A stretch of 64,000 nt of DNA from Tubulanus polymorphus (lineage: Eukaryota; Animalia; Nemertea), in contig NC_134036.1 of NCBI RefSeq assembly GCF_964204645.1, forward strand, positions 1,612,001 to 1,676,000, given 5' to 3'. The notes beneath the pieces were generated by a model. It was not told where the DNA came from, ran no database searches, and was given only the letters and a program-made list of their open reading frames with translations. Of this stretch, positions 11,301 to 24,429 are shown piece by piece (position 1 is the stretch's first letter; each line of letters begins with the position of its first letter). The translations under genes were made by a program, and so were the position numbers.

Positions 11301-13288
11301 ACTCGTAAAAAGTTCCATGGGACAATAAAAAGCAACGATGGTATTTTTCCAAAATTTCTGGGGGGCGGGAACTGCATGCCGCTAGGTACGGGCCTGGATA
11401 TGGTGGCAGGGACTGTTTATTTTTTATTCAATTATTTCAGACATAAATTGCAACAAAGTGAACACAGGATGAAAGATAAAACATTATGCTGTGATATAAA
11501 ACTGGGGTTTCAGAAAAAGCAAGGTTTGTATAAACTGAAACCCTGTTAAGGCCGTAGATAGTAAATAAGAATCATTACGCCCGGATTAGATATGCAGGTA
11601 CGCAGGTTTTACTCGCTGATGACTCAGTTCGCAAAATGAAATCGTGGAAAAAACTTGCGGGAGGTTACTACATAATCCTCTTTAATCGGCTTAGTAAACT
11701 CCCCCGCACAGCGCTAATCTCTCCGATTCACTTCCGGTATACAGTAGTACTTCCTGTTCCGGTCGTTCAGTGCCGAGTCTCGTGACGTAGGTCGATAATT
11801 CAAGGTGAATTAAAGGTGAAATCGAGCAACAAATTTCTAATCTTGAACTTAAGGACGCATTCGTTCCGACTCGATTTCTGAATACGCTGGAACCAGGTTG
11901 ATACTCGAATGTTGTGGGCAAAATTGAAATTGTCGAGTACTAATTAAACGCGTTCCGTATCATCCAAATCTTGATTCATATATAAATATCTATAGATAGC
12001 TGGGACATACTGACAAGGTCGAATATCTGGTAAAATGACGTTACTATTCTGAACATTATCGTGAAATTATCTTACGTAATTGTAACGACTTGCGGGCCAA
12101 AGAGTCGAACGTATCATCCAGATCTTGATTGATATAAATATCTATAAATAGCTGGCACATAACTGGAAATGTAGACTATCCGATGTTGTAATTCATATTG
12201 TAAAATGAGTTTGTGCTCTGTGCAATTGTGGAGTAAATAAGCTAATCGTAATTGTAATTGTAATTCGTAAAATGACAAAACTATTCGGATCATTATCATG
12301 AAATATTATCTGGACTGAAAATCAATCGTTATGAACGGGTTTCATATTTAACTGAATCCGTATAATGAACGAGGTTTCGACTGTTGTTATTCGGCCCATT
12401 GTAAACCCATTAGTGAAACAAAACAGGCAATTACTTTTAAAATGATCACCACATCATAGAGAGAGGACAGTTCTGGATTCTGAATGAGAGCGCTCGGTAG
12501 TAAATAATAACTATAAATATTCCTGATGCAATTAAATGGACGCCACTAGCTCTTGTGACTGTCTTTCAATGGGAACACGGGTAATTGAGGCTTATTTCAG
12601 AGAGGTTTCTACGAAAGTCATCGACGGTGAATTGTAATGTTATGGTTTGATGTTTTGTCAGTAGAATAGTTTAACAATAGGTCACCGATAATTAGAACTG
12701 ATCAAGTTAAAACGGAAATAAAAATAGACTGTTTGCGGTGAAGCAGGGTATGTCGTAAATGTTATCAGAAGCCAGAATTAGAATCTGGGAGTCGTCAACC
12801 TTGGTTTTGAAAGTGAACGGATATCAAACTGGATGGTTGAATTTAGATTGAAACTGCACCCAAGAAAACCTGCACAACTGTGGAACTGGGTTCAGAGTCA
12901 AATTGAACTCACACAAACTGTGGAACTGGATCCAGAGACAAATTAAACCCACACAACTGTGGAACTGGATTCAAAGTCAAATTAAACCCACACAACTGTG
13001 GAACTGGATTCAGAGACAAATTGAACTCATACAACTGCGGAACTGGGTTCAAATGCAGATTAAACCCACACAACAGTGGAACTGTGTCCAGAGACAAATT
13101 AAACCCACACAACTGTGGAACTGGATCCAGAAACAACTGGATCTGTACAGTCAAATTAAACATACACAACTGCGGTTAACATTGTTTAAAATAAAGTTCT
13201 CAATTCACTCACCTGTCAAGCAGCCGCTTATCACTAACAGCAAGAAAACAAGCAGCATCGTAACTTGTCGAGCTCCGAAAAGTTTCAT
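8373..13288 (-). CDS. 5' exons of an unidentified secreted or membrane protein (signal peptide)
   Basis: Exon 13288-13213 encodes MKLFGARQVTMLLVFLLLVISGCLT and ends G|GTGAGT (phase 1). A candidate 45-nt exon 8417-8373 (TTTCAG|...G|GTAAGT) continues in phase with ETNIAIESKYSIPDV. No further exons were identified. Confidence 0.5.
9262..9580. mobile_element. MITE-like element with a central ~125-bp palindrome
   Basis: Outer imperfect TIRs CCTCGCTTGCCGGGGTT / AACCCTGGTAAGTGAGG; inner hairpin 9354-9478 (TTCTTGTGCGGAC...CTAGCCAATCA / TGATTGGCTAG...GTCCGCACAAGAA). Confidence 0.65.
9858..10470 (+). repeat. 57-bp tandem minisatellite
   Basis: Unit CCCTCCCCTCACAGCTATGGTATCAGCACCCTAGTGACGTTACCTTCAAATAACTTC; same family at 36890-37030 and 38300-38720. 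Confidence 0.92.
10474..10586 (+). repeat. Dispersed repeat (~115 bp)
   Basis: AACCCCCTGTTTCGCT..GGCAGGTGTGG...AATCCCTATTTTAAGAT recurs at 14345-14460 and inverted at ~14925-15032. Confidence 0.75.
12872..13172 (+). repeat. 39-bp tandem minisatellite
   Basis: Unit ACACAACTGTGGAACTGGATTCAGAGTCAAATTAAACCC; same family at 45436-45805. Confidence 0.9.
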
Positions 13289-15739
13289 CACCGCCAAAAA
13301 CTACAATATCAATATCACTTCGAAATTCACCTCGATATTTCTCGCTTCGTGCGCGTTGCAAATACCCTAAATACTACGCGTTCATCTCTGCGCAATTTAC
13401 CAACACCTTTTTTTGAAAATTCAATCTTAAAACGAATCACGAATTCGCGGTAAACAGCGAAATTATAGCGTTTGAATTTTTCGATCGAAATGTTCAGAAT
13501 TTCGTCGTTTTCGAGTAATCTTTTCTTTCGGTAACTTTTCGCGTCGTCGGGAAAACTATGATTGGTGACCAAACCGTTACCGAGTCGAATACCGTTACGA
13601 TAAGAGGTTTCTATATCAACTAAGTTGTTCCATCTTATAAATAAAATTGCGGCGCACTAGCTTACAAGTTACAAGTTCTGAATTTGACTGTTAAGATATT
13701 TATAATCGTTAAGAAAAATGGATCTAATTCACAGCAGACGAACTTTTTTCTCGTTAGTTTTCCCAATTGGTTTAAAAGTAGTTGCTATCGACGGCATATT
13801 GTCAGCGCTCTCTCTCTCACTCTCTCGCGCACAGTATGACTGACTGACTGGCTGACTCTACCCGTCACGAGACACCGTTCAGCGACGACGCCGTCCATTC
13901 AACGTTGTCGCAAAAGCGAGATATGACTTCATCAACGTAACATAACGTCGTAACATAACGTAACGTAACGTAGGCGTTGTAGTCACGCGAAGGCTTGATG
14001 ATAAGATGTAATGTTAAAATACACTCGAGGACCCTTACATCCGAGAAAAACTACATTATACTATCCGACTATTTACTCGTAGAAAACGATTTAAAAAATA
14101 TAAAAATGGACAAAATGATCTTATACCGTGTAATATAGTTATTTCCAAAATTTCGATGAATTAAATTATGCAGCCAAAAATTAACCCCAATCAGTCGCTT
14201 GCCCGTTCAGACTGGTTGGAAGATTGTTTGAACCGGAACCGAATTTCCCAATTACGTACTTCGATTTAAACAAAAAATTCTGTAAACTCGACCGCCGATC
14301 AGACAACTAAATAGCTGTACTTCGATTTCCGATTTCAAAATCAAACCCCCCTGTTTCGCTCCCGGCAGGTGTGGCGGGTTTGTACGGGACACTCAATCAA
14401 AAAATCCAAACGAAATTTACCAACCAAATAAATAACAGGGTCAATCCCTATTTTAAGATTTAGAAAAATACACTACGTTATGTAGCGTAACGTGAAGTAA
14501 CCTAAGCGTGTATAGGGCTATGACATTCATATCGATATCGATACTATTTTTGTTGCGCTCGCAAAAATGTTATATCTTTTTTGGAGCAATAAACTAAACT
14601 AAACTTGTAACTTGAAAGTAGTGATGTGCGTATCGTTTTAGCCTAACCTGAGTTTCTATAATTCTGTAGTCTATAGTTTTGGACTTTAGTAATGACCCGG
14701 CGACAAAAAAGGAAACATGATAACAAAATTAATCCGAATTCAACTCATTCTTAAGGGAACTCCATAAAATGATGGTTCATATTAGGTTTTCCAATACATA
14801 CATGTTTAGACTAGTAAATACAACGTGACTAAACGGTGTCTCAGACATGTTACTTCGTGGTCAATTAGAAATTGAGAATCACGAAGTGTTTGATGGTTAT
14901 CGTTCGGTTGTGACGTGTTTTCTAACCCTGCCGGTTATTTATTAGATTGGTTTAGATTTCGTTTGATTTTGTCTGGATTCGGGGAACCTTAATAGAAACC
15001 CACCACACCTGACGGGAGCGAAACAGGGGGTTTAGCTGGTTAGCCTAAGGATAAACCACTAACCACACGGTTAGGCTTCCTGCACCCGCCCCAGAAGCGG
15101 GTGGATCCAAGCTGTATTCCACTGTATTTCAGAATCAGAGAAATGTGAATAACATATTTTCTACAAGTAGGCCTACCTTATCTAACAGGTCCAGAATACC
15201 TTTAAATACATAAAAGGAAAAAGTCATTTTTCAAATTTTTCTTGGGGAGGGACCCCAAACCCCCTACGCCGCCGAGCAATAATTATTAGGAACATAGTCA
15301 AATTAACCGGCAGCATCCGCCCCTGAGTGTATGTAAGGTGTGGTGACCGGCGAGTACGGAAACGTCCAGCAGTTTGGAGAAGGCGTTGAGATACAGGAAT
15401 AGAAAGTTAATTCGTGCCGAACCGCTGCGCAATCACATCGCAATATGCACGAGAGACTACGTCACAGGTCTCTCATACGCCTCAATTAGCCGCAATTACC
15501 AGGAAACAAAGACGTTTGTCGGCGATAAAACTGAAATTCGACCAGAATTTATGAGAATTCTATCCGATTAGAAGCGAACTAACCTACTCGCCTAATAACA
15601 GTTCGTCAGTTCTCGCCTGCGTCACTCGAACCGGTTTGTTATGCGTATTGTCAACAACAATCGCTCTTTCCACCCAAAGGTTATTGACCCCCTGCAATTT
15701 TCCTCAAAGTCAAAGGAATTCACAACGTAGCGTCAATCA

Positions 15740-16025
15740 TTGATAATGAACTACAAACACCAGATATTAGACATTTTATCAGAGCACTTTCAAAAACTGA
15801 TCGTCCACACTTCACATGTGTTCAGTGCTTCACCTGAGACATTTTTAATTGAAAATGAACTACAAACACCAGACATTAGACATTTTATCAGCACACTTTC
15901 AAAAATTCATATGTGTTCAGCGATTCACCATTCAGACATTTCTAATTGAAAATGAACTACAAACACCAGACATTAGACATTTTATCAGCGCATTTTCAAA
16001 AACTGATCGTCCACACTTCATATGT
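15740..16025 (+). repeat. 109-bp tandem repeat family, second locus
   Basis: Matches the units at 5215-5565. Confidence 0.85.
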
Positions 16026-16531
16026 ATTTCATCATCATCATTAATATCACGGACATATGGAGGCCTGTTGAGGCCTATTGGTGTCCGGCTCGTTTGGTAA
16101 TTAATATCAATTTAGGTGACGGTTTAAAATCTTTCTCATGCAGTTTGATATGCAACTAGCCCGATGGGCGTTTAGTTCACAGTGAGACATTTTTAATTAA
16201 AAATTTACTACATTATCGGTTCATATTTCTTAATTTCGTTTCATATTTCGTAATTTCGTACTTTCGTAGTTTAGAATTACCCGCAAGTTTGTCTGCACCC
16301 TTTCCGACTGATCATCCACAGTTCACAATACGTATATAATTTCTGAAAATCGATACTTTAAATTCGTTCTATCTGTTTGTTCTGTTCATGTTTATGACAT
16401 TCAATCTTAATTTGTTTAGATTATTTGAGCATCCACACCCACGCGGGTCAGGACTTTAAATGTGTATGACGGACACTAGTCACACCTGCGGGAACGAAAC
16501 AATGGGTTTTACTTTATTTTGAGTAGGGAAA

Positions 16532-16727
16532 TCGGCGCAGTGGGCGAGTGGGTTAAGCCGCCGGTCACTGGTCTCGTCAATCCAGGGTTTATGGGTTCAA
16601 ACCATGGTGGCGACAGAGTTTCTTGGTCGAAGATTCTTCTCTGGTCTCTCCCCATTGGGAAAAAGAAACATCCAACCCGCTTATAATGCCCTTTGTGGCG
16701 CTTAGCGGGGTGAGGGTGTTAAAAAAA
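16532..16727 (+). mobile_element. tRNA-derived SINE
   Basis: A-box-like TGGGCGAGTGG, B-box GGTTCAAACC, non-cloverleaf body, A-rich 3' tail. Confidence 0.55.
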
Positions 16728-16809
16728 GTAGGGAAACCGAAGTACAAATTTTTTTTAAAGTGTGAACCTTCACAAAATGGAGGCTGTTTTACGTCACTGT
16801 GTGTTAATC

Positions 16810-17038
16810 CGCATGCGAATTAATGAATTTGAATATGCAAATTACCTAGAAATATACCATTCTTCCACAATGCGCATGCAAATTAATGAATTTGAATATG
16901 CAAATTACCTAGAAATATACCATTCTTCCACAATGCGCATGCAAATTAATGAATTTGAATATGCAAATTACCTAGAAATATACCATTCTTCCACAATGCG
17001 CATGCAAATTAATGAATTTGAATATGCAAATTACCTAA
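16810..17038 (+). repeat. 60-bp tandem repeat (~3.7 copies)
   Basis: Unit GCATGCAAATTAATGAATTTGAATATGCAAATTACCTAGAAATATACCATTCTTCCACAATGC. Confidence 0.92.
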
Positions 17039-17149
17039 ACCAACTCCTGAATCATGTCGTGTACATTCCGCATTCTGTAAAATTGAGGGCGAAAAGCATT
17101 TCTCGTAAAAATTCGTCCTCAAACCTATCAAATAAGGCTGAACAATCGA

Positions 17150-17335
17150 CACATTGTTTCTCTCATTTCTGCTGAGTTTAAAAGTTGACCGTCTATCTAC
17201 CTTGTACATTACTTAAATCATGATCAATCTAAACAATAACAGACTCGGCCGCTATAGAAATGAACTGATGGCAAATTTTATTGCAGTTTATAAAAATAAC
17301 CCGGCCGATTAGGAGACACAAGGTATCATTTTATT
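17150..17335 (+). repeat. Dispersed repeat (~190 bp)
   Basis: CTGCTGAGTTTAAAAGTTGACC...CGGCCGCTATAGAAATGAACTG...CAAGGTATCATTTT recurs at 42710-42910. Confidence 0.75.
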
Positions 17336-18386
17336 CATGGGCGTTAACAGGAATTGTCTACGGGGTGGGGGGAGGGGGGCGGTCGAGTGCGTAATATCTA
17401 ACTAAAAGTCACCGAGAAGCGGAGACCGCTCGGGTGCCGTGTAGCCAAAGGGGGGGGGGAGCGCGAGAGGAGGATGTGTCCCCTCACGTCGCACAGAGGA
17501 AATTTCTGCAATATTATGTCTTGGAGACGCAATCTGACTCAATCTCCTACGTCTTTTAACAACGAATACGTTGATTTTGACAGGTGACAACATTATCGAG
17601 GTCAATTCCCTATGCGACGATCGTTTGGGAATTTTCAAAAAGGGGGTCGTTCGCACCCCCCGACCCCCCTCTGGTGCCGCCCATGATTATAGGCTCAAGA
17701 TGACAACGCTGACATGCGAGTACGTACTTGTAATCGGTGACGATAGGTGGCAGAATGGTAGGCGCGGAAAACAGCGTATATTGTGTCTTGTCAAAGATGT
17801 TAAACGACAGCCTCCAGCAATTCTCCAAGAGCCGCACATCGAATTATACGAACGATCGAAAATTAAATAAAGAAAATGAATCTTAATACAAAGTTTGAAT
17901 TTTATTAATCTCATCAATCAATTATTTATTTTCTATTAATTCCCTTTGTTAGATCGTATAAATTTAACTAAATGTAATAATATCCAATGAGTTATAGTTA
18001 TTTGTGATTGCCGCCAGCAGCCAAGAACACAAAAACTAAAAATGGTCAAATTCACTCAACTAATCTACCTCTACTTGACTATTTCACTAATTCTATTAAT
18101 CGTTATTTTATATGCTAGGCGATCAATAATTATAGAACCGGTTTCAAAATACCGAGCAAGCCCAGCATAATGCTGGTAACTTTACAGAAGAAAATGGAAA
18201 AACAAATTTGTGTAAGATTGCTAGGCCTTCAGCTAAAATTCGAGTTAGTTTTTACGAACAGCCCTCCAAATATTGACCCCCTCCCAATACTGAACACACA
18301 ATTAAAACTACAGTTGCAATTCAACTCATGTAATAAAAACATATATCTGCTTGAGAGGAAACCAGTCACATGGTTTCAAACCTTAA

Positions 18387-18666
18387 CCCTTTCAGTGCTG
18401 ACTAATTAATACCCTGTAGTGCTGGAGATAATTTGAAAATTTTAAAAAATTCCACCCTAGTGTGTTGAATAACGGGAAACCACTATAGTGCGTCTACACC
18501 GCGGTGCAGTGTATGGCTAGTTACTAGTATTTCACTATGTTTGACACGTGCTGCCATCTTTCAAGAGAGATAATTACTAATTACATCAATACACCGCAGT
18601 GCGGTGTACTAGCAAAATCTATCACTGATTCGTACACCGCACTGCGGTGTAGACGCACTGAAAGGG
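18387..18666. mobile_element. piggyBac-type MITE
   Basis: TTAA target duplication (18383-18386 and 18667-18670), TIRs CCCTTTCAGTGC...GCACTGAAAGGG; fragments also at ~21990-22275. Confidence 0.85.
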
Positions 18667-18767
18667 TTAAGAATTGAAAGCGAACTTTATTTTACCCTTC
18701 GATCAACTCTATCCATGTGAATATCATCTATAAAAATAGCATCATCATTCGAATGAAAAACCTTTTT

Positions 18768-21700
18768 TTATTTGAACACGAAAAATATATCTTCGATAAG
18801 ACGTTGTTCATCTTCGTCCATTTGATCGGTAATACTGCAGTACTGGGAGTCACTGGGCGGTCGGTCGGAGTCGCTGTGAGTCTCCGGGACTCTGGAAGTC
18901 GCCGGTCGGTCGGAGTCGCTCGGAGTCGTCCCGATGACTCTGGAAGTACCGCAGTGTAGCTGTTGTTGTTTTTGACTGCCGGGTAACGATACGTAACTGG
19001 ACACGTCTAAACTATTGTTACCGTAATCAGGTGCAGCAGCAGCAGCAGCAGCTGCTGTAACTTCATTCAACCTTTAACACAGAAAACAAACCGATGTGAG
19101 ATTTTAAGATTCTAAGTTGCTCTTGAAAATTAAACTCATAACCGTAACCACAGCACTATTCAGCAACTGCTGCCCCCTGGTGTGAAACCATGATTAGAAT
19201 GAGGTAAAACTGAACTTACACTTTATGAGTTCGTTTTCTGTTAATCGGAACTGGAAGATTGCCTTGTCTCGTTGTGGAGAGACGAGGTTCAGGTATTTGA
19301 TCGGGACTTCGACCAATCCTGAAAATACAAAACAGGGCGTAGTAACATGTCTAAGGTGGTTCCACGATGAAGGGGTTAATTCTAGGCCGAGGGGCTGCAG
19401 GTTATAGACTACAGATTGTCTGAAGGGTTGGAGGTCCCAGACTGAAAAGTTGCAGATTTCTGGCTGTAGATTTTCTGAAGGTGGCGCAGGTTCCAGATTG
19501 AAAAGTTGCAGGTTTCTGACTGCAGATTGTCTGAAGTTTGTCTAGTGCAGCAGGTTCCAGGTTCTCACACATGAGACACTGACGGCTGTAAATACCTCAA
19601 CGCTGATAAATTTGAGAAACTGATTTCTCTCTCCGGTTCGCGGGGGTCAAGGTCGCGTCGCTGACGATTAAAACTCCTCGCTAAATTCATCAGTTCATCT
19701 TCTTCATCATCGTCATCATCATCATTCCTCCTTCTCCTTTCCTCATCGACTACGGGGTCCGTTGATGGAGTCGTCCCGCGTAAGGCTGTCATCTCAGTAC
19801 CGATATCTCGATATCTACGCGATATCTCATCCTCTATACCTGTAATTACACAAACACAATGTGATGATGTCATAGGGGGAATAAGAGGAGGCAGACAACT
19901 TTTTAGGAAATGTCTATGATCACTATATCAAATACTGATGATGTCATGGTAACCATCTTTTCCCATTACCGACATTGATGATGTCATAAGGGGATTTATG
20001 AGGACATTTTTTCAGGAAGTGTCTATGATCAAATATTGATGATGTCATAGTGGGATTTTTAGAGGCAGACATTTTCTCTGTGTCCATGCTGATGTCATAA
20101 GAGGAATTACGGGAGCAGCCATTATTTCAGGAAGTATTTTTAAAGAAAGAATTAACAGAACGTTTTCAATAAATTACTCGAATTTAAATCATCTTTTTTC
20201 TGTTGTTGCCGCTGACGACGAACAATCAATTCGGCCTCTTTCTGGCGCATCAGCTGTTCTTGTTTGCTCAACATGTCCTGTAGGCGGCGCTGCTCGGTTA
20301 TCAGATTTTCCTGAATCGCGTCAGAGAAAGAAAAGAAAGTTTTGAAGAAAATGAAGACGCAAATTTTTTCGAAAACTTTTAAAAAATCGAAACCTTTTCT
20401 TCCATCAATAGACGTCTTCTGCGACTGGGCGTCAGTTGTTTATATCGGTCCAGATAGGTGGCGCCACCGTCCGACGGTCTACGTCCCTCACTGTCGTCGT
20501 CAAGGGCGACGGCGTGATCGTGGAATTTCGTCGTTATCGACGTATCGTAATCAAACAATGGCTGATGCTGTTCCTGTTGCCACGGTAACTGCTGCCTATA
20601 TCCGCCGGCGTAACGATACGGACCCGCCGCGTAGTTATCCGATCGACCGATAGATGGCGCCGGTAGCTGGTAAACGGGATACGTCGCTCGCGGATCGTCG
20701 TACGGTAGATGGCGTTGGCCGCTGATCCACGCTGGTTGGTACGCCGCACCGGGTGGTACGGTATCGGCAGCGCTGCGCGGCGTATAATCGCTCTCATCGA
20801 CCGGCGTGTACCAGTTCACTCCGAACTCTGCTACAAAAAAAAAACAGCTCTTCGTGAACTCAAAACGGAAATTATTCAATTAACAAGTTTTTTGCTGAAT
20901 GAGGTTGAATTATGTAAACACTGACCGGAGCGTCGCGGACTTGAGGTTCGAATTGTTGCAACCTGTAAAATATTATAAACTCAAATCAAAAAACAATTCT
21001 ACTAACAATTAACATATTAAGCAACGTAGACTTGCATTTCCTGGAGGAAACTGAGGTTGGGTACTCAGTGGGTGAGGGCTGTGGGACAACAGGGTACTCA
21101 CCAAGTCCTGATTAACAGAGGCAGGGTTAAAATGGAAGGGTACTCACCGGGTCCTGATTAACAGAGGCAGGGTTAAAATGGAAGGGTACTCACCGGGTCC
21201 TGATTAACAGAGGCAGGGTTAAAATGGAAGGGTACTCACCGGGTCCTGATTAACCAAGAGGCAGGGTTAAAATGGAAGGGTACTCACCGGGTCCTGATTA
21301 ACCAAGAGGCAGGGTTAAAATGGAAGGGTTACTCACCGGGTCCTGATTAACAGGGGGAGGGTTAAAATGGAAGGGTTACTCACTAGGGCGTAGATGGAAG
21401 AGGGTTTGAAGGGTTGTCACCAGGGGGAGGGTGAATAGAAGGAGGTCCTGATTAACAGGGGGAGAGTAAACTGGAGGGGTACTGATGAAGGGGTACTCAC
21501 GAGGGAATGAGCAGATGGAAGGGTACTCACCGGGACGTGCTGTGCTGGTTGGTAACCGTTTGCGATTTCATGGTCGATCATATTCGTATAGTTCTGGTAC
21601 GGGTACGGTACTATAGGTGGCGCTACTACAACATTCTCTGTTAGTTGTTGTTGTTGTTGCTGTGGTAACAGGTCTCTAGGGGTTTCATTGTTGTAAGATG

Positions 21701-24429
21701 AATTAAGACTCGGGTTCGATTGTTGCGGTTGTTGTTGTTGGTGACGGTTGGATTTTGAATAATTCTGAAATTCAAATTGTTTTTCTTTTCAATTAGTCAT
21801 TCGACCGTGCAGAGTTTTCCAGGTAAGTGGCGCCACCCTGTGCGAAGGATTTAAACTTACCAGATTCGATTGTTGCGGAGACAAAACAGAAGACGTTCGT
21901 ACTTTATCATCGCGATCATCACCATCACGATTGCTGCCGGTTTCAACGGGAGACGTCTGAAATGATTATGATCAAAAAACATATATCAATACTCCGCATA
22001 GCGGTGCACTGACAAAGTACATCACTGATTAATACTCTGCATAGCGGTGCACTAGCAAAGTCCGCATAGCGGTGCACTAGCAAAGTGCATCACTGATTAA
22101 TACACCGCTATGTGTGACCATCATTTTTACACCGCACTGCGGATTAGATGCACTGAAACCAGTGTAAACATGTTCAATAGAGATCACAACTTATAACTAT
22201 AATAACATTCATACACTACAATGTGTATAACTGATAAATACACCACACTGCCGTGTAGAGGAACTGAAAGGGCTAAGGATAAATCAAATTACGCACCGAT
22301 GAATTTTCCGAGATTGTTTTATTCAGTTTTTCCGTCGTTCCGACAAGTTCTTTGTGGTATTTCAACAATAAATCCTGACATTCGACCAATTGTTTACGCA
22401 TTTCTGAAACCGACACCATTTTTTTTAGGATGAAGCAGATTTCGAAAATTCCAATAAAACTCTCGGCCCGTTATTGGGTTAGAAGGGTTAGTTACCGTCG
22501 CTATGTTGTTCGAGTTGTTTACTCTTTTCTTTCTCTTGTTGCGTCATCATTTCGAGATTCTCGATTTGTTTGCGATGTTCGTCGAGAGCAAGTTCCGCTA
22601 AATTCTTATCTTCATTCGCTCTGCAATTTCACGAAACAACAATCACGATACAGGCATCTACTGGGCCCAGTTTCACAAAAACGATGAAAGCCTGAATCGA
22701 TTTAAAGATAAACTGAATTAATGAAGAAATGAAATCTAGTTAAGCGTTTAACCTTTTGGTGAAACTGGGCCCTGAGGGTCTTCACAAAAACCGGTCAAAC
22801 ACAGGGCCACAACCTGCATTCAGGGCCAAGATGGGTCTCGAGTTAAAGTTAGTTCATTTTCAATTGGGAATCTCAAGAATCAAATCAGGGGATGTGGAAC
22901 TGAATCCACAACCGTGGAACTCTGACGGGAAGTTTTATTTGAGTCGAAATTAGAAGAGATGTGGAACTGGATCCACACAACTGTGGAACTCAGAATTCTA
23001 ATTAAACTTACACCGCTAGTTCGTGAATTAAAGTCGCCACTTTGCGTTTGTCGTCTTTACAAAGATCTTTCAACGAAGCTTTACGCGCGTGACGTCGCTT
23101 CGTTTTATCGTCACTAGGTGGCGTAATGGTCTGTTTCGAGGGTATTTTCGCGGCGCTGTCGCGTACGTTGTGAATTCCGTGGTTTTCTTTTCCGGACGAC
23201 GCCTGGATAGAAAATGAAAACTGGCGGAATGAATTGATGAACCTGCCGAACCCCGAGGGGATGGGGTGGGGATGGTTAATGGGGTGATTCTTGAATATTT
23301 CAATACTGTTAATCAGATCTTCTTTCACCAATTCTTTTTTTAGAGCAGCAGAAATTCTATTAACGGCAATGTTCTCAATATGCCAGAGTTTAAAGTTAAG
23401 ATTACGACGACATCGTGGCTGCTAAAAGTAGCAAAGCTTTCAATCCCCCCCAAAAAAACCGACAATTTGAGCTTAATTATGGGGTAATGTGCTTCCTTCT
23501 TTCACATTAGCTTGATATAGATCTTAAGCAATATCGGCATTGATAGATTATTGACATCCACTCTGGTAGGAGCTGCAGATATTTTTCAAGGAGTGGCTAA
23601 TTTTCTAAGAGGTGGATTTAAAAATGAAAGGGCTGGCTTCTCTTTAACCTGTTGTGGGGAACACTGAACTGTTAGAACTCCGGCCCAAATCCTGCTGCCT
23701 CCATCTGCCCTATTCAGGCATCTACGGTTAAAAACACTGACCATTACTTTCCTCAAAGGAAGTTACCTTTCGATTGCTAGAATTGCGAGAATTTCCTCGC
23801 CCAACAGGTGGCGCCGCTGGAGATGCTGCTCGTTTCATCGAGCGCTCCGCGTCGTCAATCGGACTGCGTAGATTCACAACAATCGGCTGCATTCTCCCCG
23901 GCGATTTCACTTTAACCTCCTCGACGACCTTCATTCGCGGACGCCCGCTAGCGCCACCGCCGACATTGTTGTTGTTGTTGCTAAGGCGACTATTTCCAGC
24001 AGCATCAACGCCTGGATGGATGAAGAGCCGAGTTCAGTACTACTACATTAATAGAGGCCTTTTACATTACAGCTTTAACTTTATCCATTTCCCTCTCTCC
24101 CTCTCCCTACATCATCTCCATTCAGTTCTGTTACTTACCGGGGACGAACGCATCCGAATCCGTCACCTCATCTGGAAAAACAAAAACCCGCCATCGAAAT
24201 ACTGCTCAGAATGAGCTAGAATAAATCGAATTGAATTGAACTTCGATTTTGAGATGTTCGTTGCTGTTAAAAACCCCGATATTGACGCCAATTAGGCCTA
24301 CTCGAAAATTTTGGTCTAAAAATTACTCTAAGTTTCTCAAAGATCTATATATTCGGTGTAGACTAGTTGTCACTTACCGTTTTGGCTCCAAAACACCCGA
24401 ATTTGACGAAAATCCGAGTCGTTTTTCAT
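18768..24429 (-). CDS. KIAA1328: Hinderin (KIAA1328)-like protein, 14 coding exons
   Basis: Phase-consistent GT-AG exons 24429-24378, 24171-24139, 24011-23767, 23202-23012, 22620-22496, 22403-22297, 21956-21861, 21764-21531, 20962-20926, 20827-20394, 20310-20178, 19839-19596, 19318-19220, 19071-18768. Hinderin hallmarks: N-terminal FWS..DE..FVPG, ASLKDLCKDDKRKVATLIHELA, ECQDLLLKY coiled coil, C-terminal EQRLIEDIFF. Confidence 0.85.
21090..21530 (-). repeat. ~45-bp tandem repeat containing the exon donor sequence
   Basis: Unit GGAAGGGTACTCACCGGGTCCTGATTAACAGAGGCAGGGTTAAAAT; the reverse complement contains CCCG|GTGAGTACCC, the same junction as the donor of exon 21764-21531. Confidence 0.85.
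22664..22771. mobile_element. PIF/Harbinger-type MITE
   Basis: CTG|GGCCCAGTTTCAC...GTGAAACTGGGCC|CTG: 13-bp TIR with a CTG target duplication; similar elements at ~27260-27372 and 29118-29279. Confidence 0.7.

Noticed and set aside
16532-16615. Second tRNA gene
   Set aside because: A and B boxes are present but there is no acceptor or anticodon stem; better explained as a SINE head.
19858-20135. TGATGA-containing motifs suggesting C/D snoRNAs (also 49930-50290, 28460-28650)
   Set aside because: They belong to a dispersed TTTGATGATGTCATAGGGGGAT repeat with no D box or terminal stem.
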